A stretch of DNA of 64,000 bases from an uncultured Clostridia bacterium (GTDB lineage Bacteria > Bacillota > Clostridia > Christensenellales > UBA1242): positions 70,738 through 134,737 of the forward strand of contig CALVLZ010000006.1 of assembly GCA_944341445.1 (NCBI GenBank). The letters are read 5' to 3'. The notes beneath the pieces are model-generated. The model had not been told where the DNA came from, did not search any database, and saw nothing but the letters and a program-made list of their open reading frames with translations. A program made the translations under genes and the position numbers. Every line of letters begins with the position of its first letter. The first letter of the stretch is position 1. Shown in pieces: positions 11,015-20,692 of the stretch.

Positions 11015-13096
11015 ATGCCAAGACAAGTTGAATTATCAAAATATAGAAACGTGGGAATTATGGCCCACATTGACGCTGGTAAAACAACAACAACAGAAAG
11101 AATTTTATTCTACACAGGTAAAACTCATAAGATTGGTGAAGTTCATGATGGTCAAGCAACAATGGACTGGATGGCGCAAGAACAAGAACGTGGTATAACT
11201 ATTACAAGTGCTGCTACAACTTGCTATTGGAAAGGTCATCAAATTAACATTATTGATACTCCAGGACACGTTGACTTTACTGCAGAGGTTGAAAGAAGTT
11301 TAAAAGTTCTAGATGGTGCTGTTACAGTTTTATGTGCAAAAGCTGGTGTTCAACCACAAAGTGAAACAGTATGGCGTCAAGCTAATAAATATAAAGTTCC
11401 AAGAATTGCTTATGTTAACAAAATGGACCGTGAAGATGCAAATTTCTTCTATGTTATCGAAACAATGAAAGCACGTTTGTCTGGATGCAATCCACTTGCA
11501 ATTCAAGTTCCAATCGGAGCTTCTGCAGATTTCAAAGGTTTAGTAGACCTTGTTGAAATGAAAGCATATATTTACACAAACGATAAAGGAACCGATATTC
11601 AAATAACAGATATTCCTGCTGATTTAGTTGATGTTTGCAACAAATATAGAAATATACTTATTGAAACAGTTGCTGAACAAGATGATGAACTATTAGAAAA
11701 GTTCTTTGCAGGAGAAGAATTAACTGAAGAAGAGTTAAAGAAAGGTATTAGAAAGGGAACATTAAATATGTCATTTGTTCCTGTTCTATGCGGAACAAGT
11801 TTTAAAAACAAAGGTGTTCAAAAATTGTTGGATGCAATGGTTGAATATTTACCAAGCCCAACAGATATTGACGCAATTGTTGGTGTTAACCCAAAAACTA
11901 AAGAAGAAGAAGATAGAATTGCTTCTGATGATGCTCCTTTCAGTGGATTAGCATTTAAAATAATGACTGACCCATATGTTGGAAAATTAACATTCTTCCG
12001 TGTTTATAGTGGAAAAATAACTGCTGGTTCATATGCTTATAATCCAACAAAAGATAAGAAAGAAAGAATTGGTAGATTAATTAGAATGAATGCTAATTCT
12101 CGTGAAGATATTGAAGAAGCATATGCAGGCGATATTGTTGCAATAGTTGGTTTAAAAGACACAACAACAGGTGAAACATTATGTGACCCTGCACATCAAA
12201 TCGTTCTTGAAAGTATGGATTTCCCAGAACCAGTTATTAGAGTTGCAATTGAACCAAAGAGCAAAGCAGCTCAAGAAAAAATGATTTTGGGATTGGTTAA
12301 ACTTGCTGAAGAAGATCCTACATTCAAAACATATACAGACCAAGAAACAGGTCAAACAATTATTGCTGGAATGGGCGAACTTCACCTTGAAATAATTGTT
12401 GATAGATTGCTAAGAGAATTTAAAGTTGAAGCAAACATTGGTGCTCCACAAGTTGCATACAAAGAAACAATTAGAAAACCTGTTGAAGCTGAAGGTAAAT
12501 ATATTAAACAAAGTGGTGGACGTGGTCAATATGGTCACTGCTGGATTAAAATGGAACCTTTAAAAGCTGGTGAAGGATATAAATTTATTAACAACATTGT
12601 TGGTGGTGTAATTCCTAAAGAATACATTCAACCAATTGACGATGGTATTCAAGAAGCAAAAATGAATGGTGTGTTAGCTGGATACGAAACAGTTGACTTC
12701 CAAGTAACATTGTTCGATGGTTCATATCACGATGTTGACTCTTCAGAAATGGCATTCAAGATTGCAGGTTCTTTAGCATTTAAAGAGGCTGCAAAGAAAG
12801 CAGACCCTGTTCTACTTGAACCAATTATGAAAGTTGAAGTTGAAATGCCTTCTGAATATTTAGGTGACGTTATGGGTAACATTAATAGTCGCCGTGGTGT
12901 TTTAACAGGCACAGAAATTAATCATGGGTTACAAGTTATCAATGCTGAAGTTCCACTAAGCAAAATGTTCGGATACGCAACAGACCTTCGTGGATTAACT
13001 CAAGGCAGAGGTACTTTTAATATGGAATTCTCTCATTATGCAGAAGTTCCAAAAAATATCGCCGAACAAATCATCGGCGAAAGAGCAAAAAGCTAA
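11015..13096 (+). CDS. fusA: Elongation factor G
   Basis: 693-aa ORF with the AHIDAGKTT and DTPGHVDF GTPase motifs. Confidence 0.99.
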   Translation: MPRQVELSKYRNVGIMAHIDAGKTTTTERILFYTGKTHKIGEVHDGQATMDWMAQEQERGITITSAATTCYWKGHQINIIDTPGHVDFTAEVERSLKVLDGAVTVLCAKAGVQPQSETVWRQANKYKVPRIAYVNKMDREDANFFYVIETMKARLSGCNPLAIQVPIGASADFKGLVDLVEMKAYIYTNDKGTDIQITDIPADLVDVCNKYRNILIETVAEQDDELLEKFFAGEELTEEELKKGIRKGTLNMSFVPVLCGTSFKNKGVQKLLDAMVEYLPSPTDIDAIVGVNPKTKEEEDRIASDDAPFSGLAFKIMTDPYVGKLTFFRVYSGKITAGSYAYNPTKDKKERIGRLIRMNANSREDIEEAYAGDIVAIVGLKDTTTGETLCDPAHQIVLESMDFPEPVIRVAIEPKSKAAQEKMILGLVKLAEEDPTFKTYTDQETGQTIIAGMGELHLEIIVDRLLREFKVEANIGAPQVAYKETIRKPVEAEGKYIKQSGGRGQYGHCWIKMEPLKAGEGYKFINNIVGGVIPKEYIQPIDDGIQEAKMNGVLAGYETVDFQVTLFDGSYHDVDSSEMAFKIAGSLAFKEAAKKADPVLLEPIMKVEVEMPSEYLGDVMGNINSRRGVLTGTEINHGLQVINAEVPLSKMFGYATDLRGLTQGRGTFNMEFSHYAEVPKNIAEQIIGERAKS

Positions 13097-13132
13097 TTAT
13101 TTAAAATAAAAATTTTAGGAGGATAATAAATA

Positions 13133-14332
13133 ATGGCAAAAGCTAAATTTGAAAGAAATAAACCACACGTTAACGTTGGAACAATTGGTCACGTTGACCA
13201 CGGTAAAACTACTTTAACTGCAGCAATCACAATGACTCAAGCATTAAAAGGTCTTGCTCAAGGTATGGACTATGCTGCAATCGATAAAGCTCCAGAAGAA
13301 AGACAAAGAGGTATCACAATTAACACAGCTCACGTTGAATACGAAACAGCTAACCGTCACTATGCACACGTTGACTGCCCAGGACACGCAGACTACGTTA
13401 AAAACATGATCACAGGTGCTGCACAAATGGACGGTGCTATTCTTGTTGTTGCTGCAACAGATGGTCCTATGCCTCAAACTCGTGAACACATTCTTCTTGC
13501 TCGTCAAGTTGGTGTTCCATACATTGTTGTTTTCATGAACAAAATGGATCAAGCAGATCCTGAACTTGCTGAACTTGTTGAAATGGAAATCAGAGATCTA
13601 TTAACTGAATATGGTTTCCCAGGAGACAAAACTCCAATTATTAAAGGTTCTGCATTAAAAGCTTTAGAAGCTGCTCAAGCAGGAAATATTGATGGAGAAG
13701 ATAGCAAATGCATTCAAGAATTAATGGATGCTCTAGATAGCTATATCCCTGAACCACAACGTGATACAGACAAACCTTTCTTAATGCCTGTTGAAGACGT
13801 ATTCACAATCACAGGACGTGGAACAGTTGCTACAGGTCGTGTTGAACGTGGAACAATTAAAGTTGGTGACACTGTTGAAATCGTTGGTATGGGTAGCAAA
13901 ATGCAAAGCGTTGTTACTGGTGTTGAAATGTTTAGAAAACTTCTAGACCAAGCATATGCTGGTGATAACATTGGTGTATTACTACGTGGTGTTCAAAGAA
14001 CTGATATCGAACGTGGTCAAGTTCTTGCAAAACCTGCATCAATTCATCCTCATACTGAATTCACTGCAGAAGTTTACGTATTGAAGAAAGAAGAAGGTGG
14101 TCGTCATACTCCATTCTTTAACGGATACCGTCCACAATTCTACTTCAGAACAACAGACGTTACAGGAACAATTGAATTACCTGCTGGTGTTGAAATGGTT
14201 ATGCCTGGTGATAACGTAAGAATGACTATTAAATTAATCACTCCAATCGCTATCGAACAAGGTTTACGTTTCGCTATCCGTGAAGGTGGAAGAACAGTTG
14301 GTTCTGGTGTTGTTTCAAGCATTATTGAATAA
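13133..14332 (+). CDS. tuf: Elongation factor Tu
   Basis: 399-aa ORF with the GHVDHGKTT and DCPGHADY motifs. Confidence 0.99.
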   Translation: MAKAKFERNKPHVNVGTIGHVDHGKTTLTAAITMTQALKGLAQGMDYAAIDKAPEERQRGITINTAHVEYETANRHYAHVDCPGHADYVKNMITGAAQMDGAILVVAATDGPMPQTREHILLARQVGVPYIVVFMNKMDQADPELAELVEMEIRDLLTEYGFPGDKTPIIKGSALKALEAAQAGNIDGEDSKCIQELMDALDSYIPEPQRDTDKPFLMPVEDVFTITGRGTVATGRVERGTIKVGDTVEIVGMGSKMQSVVTGVEMFRKLLDQAYAGDNIGVLLRGVQRTDIERGQVLAKPASIHPHTEFTAEVYVLKKEEGGRHTPFFNGYRPQFYFRTTDVTGTIELPAGVEMVMPGDNVRMTIKLITPIAIEQGLRFAIREGGRTVGSGVVSSIIE

Positions 14333-14342
14333 TTAAAAAATA

Positions 14343-14369
14343 AAAACGATTCGTAAGAATCGTTTTTTT
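14343..14369 (+). terminator. Rho-independent terminator after tuf
   Basis: Hairpin aaaacgattc-gtaa-gaatcgtttt followed by a T-run. Confidence 0.85.
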
Positions 14370-14396
14370 ATTTATTAACGAAGTTGTTAAAAAAAA

Positions 14397-14425
14397 TTGT
14401 ATTAATGGGCTAATTTTGATATAAT
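14397..14425 (+). promoter_or_regulatory. Sigma-A type promoter
   Basis: TTGTAT, 17-nt spacer, TATAAT, with a TGa extended -10 element. Confidence 0.6.
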
Positions 14426-14460
14426 AAAGTAATATTATGGGGAATATGGAGTAAACTGCA

Positions 14461-15744
14461 ATGGAAGATATTAAAGAAGAGTCAAAAAGTATGAATGATG
14501 TTGTTACAGAAAAAATCAATATGTCTGTAAGTTCATTACTTGGGTCTTATAATGCAGATAATGAATATGTTATTAGTGACATTATTTTAGATGAACTATT
14601 TAAAATAAAAAAGGTTAAAAGAAATGCATACAATAACTTATTGTTTTGTTCTTCAACATTAAAAAATTGGGGGACGCTAGTTTTTGAAATTTCGTTTTCA
14701 AAAAATGATGAGAAAAAAATTGCGTCTGCAACATTAAGTTTATTAGAAACTATAAATAAAGTTAATGGATACGTTCAAGATACTGTTAAAACTGAAATAG
14801 GTAACTATACCGATGAATTAAATAATCAGTTTGTGGAAAAGGTTTTTGAATATTTTAATATTACAACTGAAGAAAGTTTAGTTAAAGATCCAACTTTAGA
14901 AAATGTTGATATAACTAACAGTTTTATTGAAGCTAAAATATTGTTGGAACAAGAATTAACATTGTTTGCAAAAGAAGGCAATGAAGAATTGTATGAAACA
15001 TACTTCAATTCTAGATATAATTTGCTTGTTGCTCAAAACACAGAGTTTTCACTTGCTGTGTTAAAACAATTTGAATCTGAATATAATAAAATTAAAGAAT
15101 TTTTCTTAAAAGGTGAAAATAAAAACTATAAAAGTTTAAGTGAACTTTTAGATAAAGCAATACAAGATGTTAAAGGAACTAACAAGGCATACAAAAAGGG
15201 TGAAGAAATGTATATTGAAGCTGTTAGACCAATTATGGATACTTTAACAAAATCTGCAGAAGTTCTTCACGAAAAAATTTTAGAAGATGCTATGGTTAAA
15301 GCATCACAAGAAAATAAAACTAAGGAAGTAAAAACCTTAGTTGATAAAAAACAAACAGAATCAAAGAAAAGTAACGGGGAATCATTATACAAAAAAGATA
15401 AATCCAAAGCCGTTAATATAAAACTTGGCAAAGCACCAAATAATAAATATTCTTATAAACCAGATAAAATTCAATTAAATCAATCAAATTTGGAAAAGCC
15501 TAAATTTAGTCCTTTAAACAAGGATGAGTTTGGAAACATTGAAAGAAAAAATCCTAAAAATACCGAAAATAGAATAGAAGGCTCTAACGGGAAAAATAGA
15601 GATAATTTTCGGGAAATTTTAAGTCAAGTTAAAGAAAATGAAAAAACAAATTCTGTTAGAGATGCTTTAGAGAATAAAGAAAACAATATTGGCCAAAATG
15701 TAAGAGACGAATTTGAAAGAAATCTAGATGTGAGTAGGAGATAA
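14461..15744 (+). CDS. Hypothetical 427-aa soluble protein with a helical N-terminal half and a Lys/Asn-rich, probably disordered tail
   Basis: Long ORF with a GGAG RBS 9 nt upstream and its own promoter. I recognise no family. Confidence 0.6.
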   Translation: MEDIKEESKSMNDVVTEKINMSVSSLLGSYNADNEYVISDIILDELFKIKKVKRNAYNNLLFCSSTLKNWGTLVFEISFSKNDEKKIASATLSLLETINKVNGYVQDTVKTEIGNYTDELNNQFVEKVFEYFNITTEESLVKDPTLENVDITNSFIEAKILLEQELTLFAKEGNEELYETYFNSRYNLLVAQNTEFSLAVLKQFESEYNKIKEFFLKGENKNYKSLSELLDKAIQDVKGTNKAYKKGEEMYIEAVRPIMDTLTKSAEVLHEKILEDAMVKASQENKTKEVKTLVDKKQTESKKSNGESLYKKDKSKAVNIKLGKAPNNKYSYKPDKIQLNQSNLEKPKFSPLNKDEFGNIERKNPKNTENRIEGSNGKNRDNFREILSQVKENEKTNSVRDALENKENNIGQNVRDEFERNLDVSRR

Positions 15745-15763
15745 TTCTAAAAAGGTTTAAGAT

Positions 15764-15799
15764 AAAAAAATAAAAAGGCAACTGCCTTTTTATTTTTTT
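15764..15799. terminator. Bidirectional terminator between convergent genes
   Basis: Hairpin aaaagg-caactg-cctttt flanked by an A-run on one side and a T-run on the other. Confidence 0.7.
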
Positions 15800-16245
15800 A
15801 TCTTATTTACATCATATGCGTTTCTTTTTAATATAGCAAAATCACTTATTACTCTATTTGAATAATTTTCAATTGTTTTACCTATTGATTCGCCTGGCAC
15901 TATTGAAGTAATTTTGTTTTTTGTCATTGAATCCAAAGCGTTAAAAAAGTCTAACAAATAAGATGAACTTTGATTTGAAACATATAAATTGTTTGCTTTA
16001 ACAATTTTAAGATAAAAATCTTTTATTCCGTCTACGTTGTTATCAAAATCTTCAAGACTTGGTGGATTTTTACCAAACACATCAGGATTAAATTGATTCA
16101 ACTTGAAAAACAAACCAAAAATATAGAATGCAGAGTTTTCGTCTTCTTGATGTGAAGTTTGCAAGCCTTTTTGATAAAAATAGCTTAGTCCAGATTTAGT
16201 TATATCAAAATTAGGAATATTTAATGTTTTATCGAATTTAGCCAT
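15790..16245 (-). CDS. Hypothetical ~151-aa protein
   Basis: ORF on the minus strand. I chose the ATG at 16245 because it is preceded by an aaaggtg RBS; the ORF-track start at 16263 is also possible. Confidence 0.5.
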   Translation of the reverse strand: MAKFDKTLNIPNFDITKSGLSYFYQKGLQTSHQEDENSAFYIFGLFFKLNQFNPDVFGKNPPSLEDFDNNVDGIKDFYLKIVKANNLYVSNQSSSYLLDFFNALDSMTKNKITSIVPGESIGKTIENYSNRVISDFAILKRNAYDVNKIKK

Positions 16246-16533
16246 AATATAACACCTTTTCATTAATCATATTTTTAATAATTATATTATAATTTTAATA
16301 CTTTGTCAATACTGATTTTTATTTAATTATAATGTAATTTAATACTTAATTATTATATTTAAAATCTTTAAAAAATTAACAATAATCATTATTTGTAATG
16401 TTAAATCTATAATAGATATCTAATCTAGTTAAGATTGCATTTTACAAAGTGATCTTAAATTGACAAATTGCAATTATTATATATTATAAATTCAAAATAA
16501 AATTATTAATACATTAAATTTTGTTAATAATAC

Positions 16534-16562
16534 TTGCAAAATATACAATATTGTTATATAAT
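16534..16562 (+). promoter_or_regulatory. Sigma-A type promoter for rpmG-secE-nusG
   Basis: TTGCAA, 17-nt spacer, TATAAT. Confidence 0.6.
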
Positions 16563-16585
16563 ATTTACAGAATAATTAAGTAAAT

Positions 16586-16609
16586 AGAGTTTTGCAAAGC
16601 TCTTTTTTT
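16586..16609 (+). terminator. Terminator-like hairpin inside the rpmG leader; possible attenuator
   Basis: Hairpin agagtttt-gc-aaagctct followed by ttttttt. It sits about 20 nt after the predicted transcription start and 50 nt before rpmG. Confidence 0.4.
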
Positions 16610-16658
16610 ATTGGTTATTACTATATCAACTTTAATTTTTAAATTGGAGGGGCTTATA

Positions 16659-16808
16659 ATGAGAGAAAATATTACATTAGAATGCACAGAATGCAAAAAT
16701 AGAAATTATACATCTCAAAAGAACAAGAAAAATGATCCTAGCAGATTAGAATTTAAAAAATACTGCAAATTCTGCAAAAAGCAAACAGTTCATAAAGAAA
16801 CAAAATAG
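16659..16808 (+). CDS. rpmG: 50S ribosomal protein L33 (Zn-ribbon C+ form)
   Basis: Sequence [17 protein letters not shown]...[14 protein letters not shown]. The ATG at 16659 follows a ggagggg RBS. The ORF-track start at 16611 was rejected. Confidence 0.95.
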   Translation: MRENITLECTECKNRNYTSQKNKKNDPSRLEFKKYCKFCKKQTVHKETK

Positions 16809-16826
16809 TTAAGGAGTTCTTGCGTT

Positions 16827-17228
16827 ATGGCAAAAAAGAAAAATAAGAAAAAAGGCAACTTTAAAAAACCAGTTGCTAAACAAAATTTGCAAACAGAAGA
16901 AAAAGAAACTATAGTTTCTGAAGAAAATGTTGTTGAAGTTGTAGAAACAGAAAACAAAGATAACAAAAACAATAAACAAGAAAAACAATTAAAAGATAAT
17001 AAGAAACAAAATAAAAAAGATAAAAAAGATAAAAAGTATAAGGAACCAGGAAAAATAAGAAAATCTTTAAAGGAATCAGCTTCTGAACTTAAAAGAGTTT
17101 CTTGGCCAAGTTTTGGAAAAGTTGTTAAACAAACAGGCGTTGTTATTGCTGTTATCTTATTTTTCACACTTGTTATTTTTGGAATTGACCAATTATTATC
17201 TTTATTAACAGGTTTAATTTATAAATAA
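16827..17228 (+). CDS. secE: Preprotein translocase subunit SecE with a ~75-aa Lys-rich N-terminal extension
   Basis: The C-terminus (ELKRVSWPS...VVIAVILFFTLVIFGIDQLL) is a typical SecE single transmembrane segment. The gene sits between rpmG and nusG. Confidence 0.9.
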   Translation: MAKKKNKKKGNFKKPVAKQNLQTEEKETIVSEENVVEVVETENKDNKNNKQEKQLKDNKKQNKKDKKDKKYKEPGKIRKSLKESASELKRVSWPSFGKVVKQTGVVIAVILFFTLVIFGIDQLLSLLTGLIYK

Positions 17229-17242
17229 AAAAGGAGTTCAAA

Positions 17243-17863
17243 ATGTCTGAAGAAAAAATTATAAATGAAGAAAATTTGAAACAACCTGAAAACGAAGTTA
17301 AACCTGAATCAAACGAAAGTTCTGAACAAACTAATTCTAACACAGGAAATGTTAATTGGTATGTTATTAAAACATATTCAGGTTACGAAAATGTTGCAAA
17401 AGAAAATTTGCAAATTGTTATTGAAAAATATTCATTACAAAACAGAATATTTGATATAGTTATTCCTCTGGAAGGTGTTGTTGAAGAAAAAAATGGTAAA
17501 AGAAAAGTTGTTTCAAGAAAATTATTGCCAGGTTATATATTGGTTAAAATGATTTATGGCGATGATATTTGGCACGCGGTTACAAGAACAAGAGGTATTA
17601 CAAGTTTTGGTGGTCCAAACGGCAGAGCTTTGCCAATGGAAGAAGAAGAAATTAGAAGATTAAAACTTGAGAAACCGGCAGTTATTAACATTGACCTTGA
17701 TGCAAATGATAAGGTTGAAGTTATTGATGGTCCACTAAACGGATTTATTGGAACTGTTATTGAAGTTGACAAACAAAAAGATGTTTGCAAAGTTATGGTT
17801 GAAATGTTTGGTCGTGAAACACCTGTTGATTTAGCATTAAATCAAATTAAAAAAATTGACTAA
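17243..17863 (+). CDS. nusG: Transcription termination/antitermination factor NusG
   Basis: Sequence contains WYVIKTYSGYEN...PGYILVKM...KOW. It has a ~35-aa polar N-terminal extension. Confidence 0.97.
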   Translation: MSEEKIINEENLKQPENEVKPESNESSEQTNSNTGNVNWYVIKTYSGYENVAKENLQIVIEKYSLQNRIFDIVIPLEGVVEEKNGKRKVVSRKLLPGYILVKMIYGDDIWHAVTRTRGITSFGGPNGRALPMEEEEIRRLKLEKPAVINIDLDANDKVEVIDGPLNGFIGTVIEVDKQKDVCKVMVEMFGRETPVDLALNQIKKID

Positions 17864-17869
17864 TACTAC

Positions 17870-17898
17870 TTGAAATTTTTTGAAAAAAAATATATACT
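17870..17898 (+). promoter_or_regulatory. Sigma-A type promoter for rplKA
   Basis: TTGAAA, 17-nt spacer, TATACT. Confidence 0.55.
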
Positions 17899-17960
17899 CT
17901 ATGAGTAACAAAAATTACAGTTTATTTTGGTTTTATTTGAGGTAACTCAATTAAAATATA

Positions 17961-18003
17961 GTGGGAGAAACGTAAATATTTTAATGCGTTTTGTTTACAC
18001 CAC
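17961..18003 (+). promoter_or_regulatory. Structured leader element before rplK (GUGG-GA-hairpin-N7-CCAC); candidate L1-binding site
   Basis: The outer 4-bp helix pairs GUGG with CCAC. The inner helix pairs (g)aaacg with cgttt(t). The internal loop is asymmetric, 2 nt against 7 nt. The same architecture recurs at 18463-18504. Confidence 0.45.
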
Positions 18004-18031
18004 ATTATGCCTAAAAGGCAGGAGGAAGAAA

Positions 18032-18463
18032 ATGGCACAAAATAAAAAAGTTAATGCAATTGTTAAGTTGCAACTTCCAGCTGGTAAAGCAACATCAGGT
18101 CCTCCGGTTGGTTCATCTTTAGGACCTCACGGAATCAATATCCCAGCATTTACAAAAGAATTTAACGAAAAAACAGCAGATAAAGCAGGTTTAGTTATCC
18201 CTGTTGTTATCACAATTTATGCTGACCGTTCATTCACTTTTGTTTTAAAAACTCCACCAGCAGCTGTTTTAATTAAAAAAGCATGTGGAATTGAAAAGGG
18301 AAGTGACAACTCAATTAAAAACAAAGTTGCAAAAATCACAAAAGCTCAAGTTAAAGAAATTGCACAATTAAAAATGGAAGACTTAAATGCTGCCACAATT
18401 GAAAGTGCTATGAGCATGATTGAAGGCACCGCTAGAAGCATGGGTGTTACAATTACAGAATAG
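18032..18463 (+). CDS. rplK: 50S ribosomal protein L11
   Basis: Sequence [27 protein letters not shown] follows a ggagg RBS. The ORF-track start at 17927 was rejected. Confidence 0.97.
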   Translation: MAQNKKVNAIVKLQLPAGKATSGPPVGSSLGPHGINIPAFTKEFNEKTADKAGLVIPVVITIYADRSFTFVLKTPPAAVLIKKACGIEKGSDNSIKNKVAKITKAQVKEIAQLKMEDLNAATIESAMSMIEGTARSMGVTITE

Positions 18464-18504
18464 TGGGAGAATAAAAAATATTTCATTTTATTCGCTATAA
18501 CCAC
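18463..18504 (+). promoter_or_regulatory. Second copy of the GUGG-GA-hairpin-N7-CCAC element, immediately before the rplA RBS
   Basis: The outer helix pairs GUGG with CCAC. The inner 8-bp helix pairs gaataaaa with ttttattc. The internal loop is again 2 nt against 7 nt. The RBS aaggagg starts directly after CCAC. Confidence 0.45.
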
Positions 18505-18522
18505 AAGGAGGTTTAAAATTTT

Positions 18523-19212
18523 ATGAAAAAAGGTAAAAGATATTTAGAAAGTGCTAAATTAGTTAACAAAAGGAATTTATATTCAATTAATGAAGCACTA
18601 GATCTTGCAGTTAAAACAGCAAGTGCAAAATTCGACGAAACAGTTGAATTACACGTTAGACTTGGCGTTGATGGCAGACAAGCAGATCAACAAGTTCGTG
18701 GCGTTGTTGTTTTACCAAATGGAACAGGTAAAAGTGTTAAAGTTTTGGTTATTGCAAAAGGTGAAAATGCTGAAAAAGCAAAAAAAGCTGGAGCTGATTA
18801 TGTTGGCGCAGAAGATATGATTGCAAAAATCCAAACTGAAAACTGGTTTGATTTTGATGTTGTTGTTACAACACCTGATATGATGCCTGTTATCGGTAGA
18901 ATAGCAAAAATTTTAGGACCAAAAGGTTTAATGCCAAATCCTAAGAGTGGAACAGTTACAATGGATGTTGAAAAAGCTTTAACAGATATTAAAGCTGGTA
19001 AAGTTGAATATCGTTTAGATAAAGCAAATATTATTCACGTTCTAATTGGCAAAGTTTCTTTCGGTACTGAAAAACTTGCAGAAAACTTAAACGCTGTTAT
19101 GGATGCAATTGTTAAAGCAAAACCAGCAGCTGCAAAAGGTCAATATATTAAAAGCGTTACATTAAGTAGCACTATGGGCCCAGGAATTAAAGTTGCATAT
19201 AATATTAATTAA
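18523..19212 (+). CDS. rplA: 50S ribosomal protein L1
   Basis: 229-aa ORF with typical L1 sequence ([23 protein letters not shown]-like block). Confidence 0.98.
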   Translation: MKKGKRYLESAKLVNKRNLYSINEALDLAVKTASAKFDETVELHVRLGVDGRQADQQVRGVVVLPNGTGKSVKVLVIAKGENAEKAKKAGADYVGAEDMIAKIQTENWFDFDVVVTTPDMMPVIGRIAKILGPKGLMPNPKSGTVTMDVEKALTDIKAGKVEYRLDKANIIHVLIGKVSFGTEKLAENLNAVMDAIVKAKPAAAKGQYIKSVTLSSTMGPGIKVAYNIN

Positions 19213-19216
19213 AAAA

Positions 19217-19242
19217 AGTAACCCTTTTGGGTTATTTTTTTT
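19217..19242 (+). terminator. Rho-independent terminator after rplA
   Basis: Hairpin taaccc-tttt-gggtta followed by a T-run of 8. Confidence 0.7.
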
Positions 19243-19245
19243 GTA

Positions 19246-19274
19246 TTGAAAATAATAAGTTACTATGCTATACT
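19246..19274 (+). promoter_or_regulatory. Sigma-A type promoter of the inserted 402-aa gene
   Basis: TTGAAA, 17-nt spacer, TATACT, with a TGc extended -10 element. Confidence 0.6.
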
Positions 19275-19293
19275 ATTTGTATAGGAGATTATT

Positions 19294-20502
19294 ATGACCA
19301 TTGAAGAACTTTATAATTTTATTAAAGAAAACACTAAAAATAAAAACGAACTTTATAAAATGATTAAAACTGATAAGCATAAATTAACATTATTAAAAAG
19401 GTTGGCTATAAAAGAAAATATTCAACCTTATGAGAAGCTAGATAATATAATTTGTGAAATTAAGTTAAATAAAGATATTAATCAGGCAATAGAAAAACAA
19501 ATGTTGATTTTAAGAGATACTCCAATTGAAGAGATTGAAGAAGATGATTTTGTAGATGATAAAGAAGTTCAATCCAGAGAAAAAATTAAAGAAAATATTT
19601 TTAAAGAGTATTCTAAAACAGAAATTCAAGAGTTAAGAAATGCTGTTAAAAATTGTTCAGCAGATGGAGTTGTTTATGGATTGAAAGAAATGTATCCAGA
19701 AGTTTTTTCAAAATTAAACAACTTGTCTTTAGTAATTGGATGCAGTAATCAAGATATAATTGCGGACGTTTTAAATATGGGCGTTGTTTTAAATGATGAT
19801 ATAGTGTTCGCAAACGATGAGCAAGCTGAAAATTATATTTGTAAAAATAATATGGACCATAGAGGTGGCGTTGAAAGAATAAGAGAAGATTCCAAAGCTA
19901 TTGTTTCATTAAAACGCCTATCAAAAGGGAATATTTACAAATACTTAAAGAAAAATGGCTATTCATACAACAGTGTTGCAATTATGTTGGATGTTTTAGA
20001 TGGTATAAAAATCAGAGCAAAAAATATAACTGAAAGAAATGTATTTATTCAAAAAGATGATAAGATATATAAAGAACTACAAGCATTATTGAAAATCGCA
20101 AAATTGCCAAATCCGTTAAAGAAAAATGAGTTTTTGACACAGGAAGAATTGATAGGAGAATTGGGTAGTGCTTGGAATGGTAGAACACCTAAGCAAATTT
20201 ATACAGAAAGTGTAGTTATTAAATTATATGGAGATTTTATTAAAAAGAAAAAGTTATTAGGCATAATGGAACCTTATAAATTTTTATATGACGATTTAAA
20301 AGTTTCTTACGGTATTACAAAATATGCTAGGATTAAAGGATTAACACCAACTCAACTTGCAAGAATTTTAGATAAGAATATTAATAAAATGTACATAACA
20401 AATAAATTAACGGGTGAAAAGAAAGTCGGGTTTCCTCAAAATATGATAAGTTACTTGATGGCTATTGAAAACGAGGAAAAAAAGTTAACAAAAGCAAAAT
20501 AA
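19294..20502 (+). CDS. Hypothetical 402-aa protein inserted between rplA and rplJ
   Basis: Long ORF with an aggaga RBS. I recognise no family. There is a possible helix-turn-helix near the C-terminus (GLTPTQLARILDKNINK). Confidence 0.6.
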   Translation: MTIEELYNFIKENTKNKNELYKMIKTDKHKLTLLKRLAIKENIQPYEKLDNIICEIKLNKDINQAIEKQMLILRDTPIEEIEEDDFVDDKEVQSREKIKENIFKEYSKTEIQELRNAVKNCSADGVVYGLKEMYPEVFSKLNNLSLVIGCSNQDIIADVLNMGVVLNDDIVFANDEQAENYICKNNMDHRGGVERIREDSKAIVSLKRLSKGNIYKYLKKNGYSYNSVAIMLDVLDGIKIRAKNITERNVFIQKDDKIYKELQALLKIAKLPNPLKKNEFLTQEELIGELGSAWNGRTPKQIYTESVVIKLYGDFIKKKKLLGIMEPYKFLYDDLKVSYGITKYARIKGLTPTQLARILDKNINKMYITNKLTGEKKVGFPQNMISYLMAIENEEKKLTKAK

Positions 20503-20506
20503 AATG

Positions 20507-20535
20507 TTGACAACTAAAAACTAATTTGATAAAAT
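20507..20535 (+). promoter_or_regulatory. Sigma-A type promoter of rplJL
   Basis: TTGACA, 17-nt spacer, TAAAAT, with a TGa extended -10 element. Confidence 0.7.
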
Positions 20536-20541
20536 ACTTTC

Positions 20542-20692
20542 GTAATAAAAAATTTTGCCAAAGACAGCAAGTTGTTTAAATATAAACGTAAAAGTCTTGC
20601 CGAGGTAAGTGAAGGTATAAAATGTTCAACCTTGCGCTTATGTTTGGCGTAAGGTTTTTTGTTATAACACATTAAAAAAGGAGGCAGACCGC
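20542..20692 (+). promoter_or_regulatory. rplJ 5' leader; likely an L10(L12)4-responsive L10-leader type element
   Basis: The ~150-nt leader is noticeably more GC-rich than its surroundings (gccaaagacagc...gtcttgccgagg). It ends in an intrinsic terminator just before the RBS. This is the organisation described for the Bacillus rplJL attenuator. Confidence 0.5.
20630..20660 (+). terminator. Leader (attenuator) terminator upstream of rplJ
   Basis: An 8-bp stem pairs ccttgcgc with gcgtaagg (one G-U pair), followed by tttttt. It lies 33 nt before the rplJ start. Confidence 0.6.

Noticed and set aside
10833-11198. 121-aa plus-strand ORF spanning the rpsG/fusA junction.
   Set aside because: It is out of frame with two highly conserved genes and has no independent signals.
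16611-16658. N-terminal extensions implied by the ORF track for rpmG (16611), rplK (17927), rplF (48623), rpsD (55407), the SPOCS protein (27661), the SPFH protein (39003) and the DUF1540 protein (22207).
   Set aside because: In most cases an internal ATG preceded by a clear Shine-Dalgarno sequence gives the N-terminus typical of the family. For rpsD the choice rests mainly on matching the homologue N-terminus. The upstream parts overlap leaders, promoters or the preceding gene.
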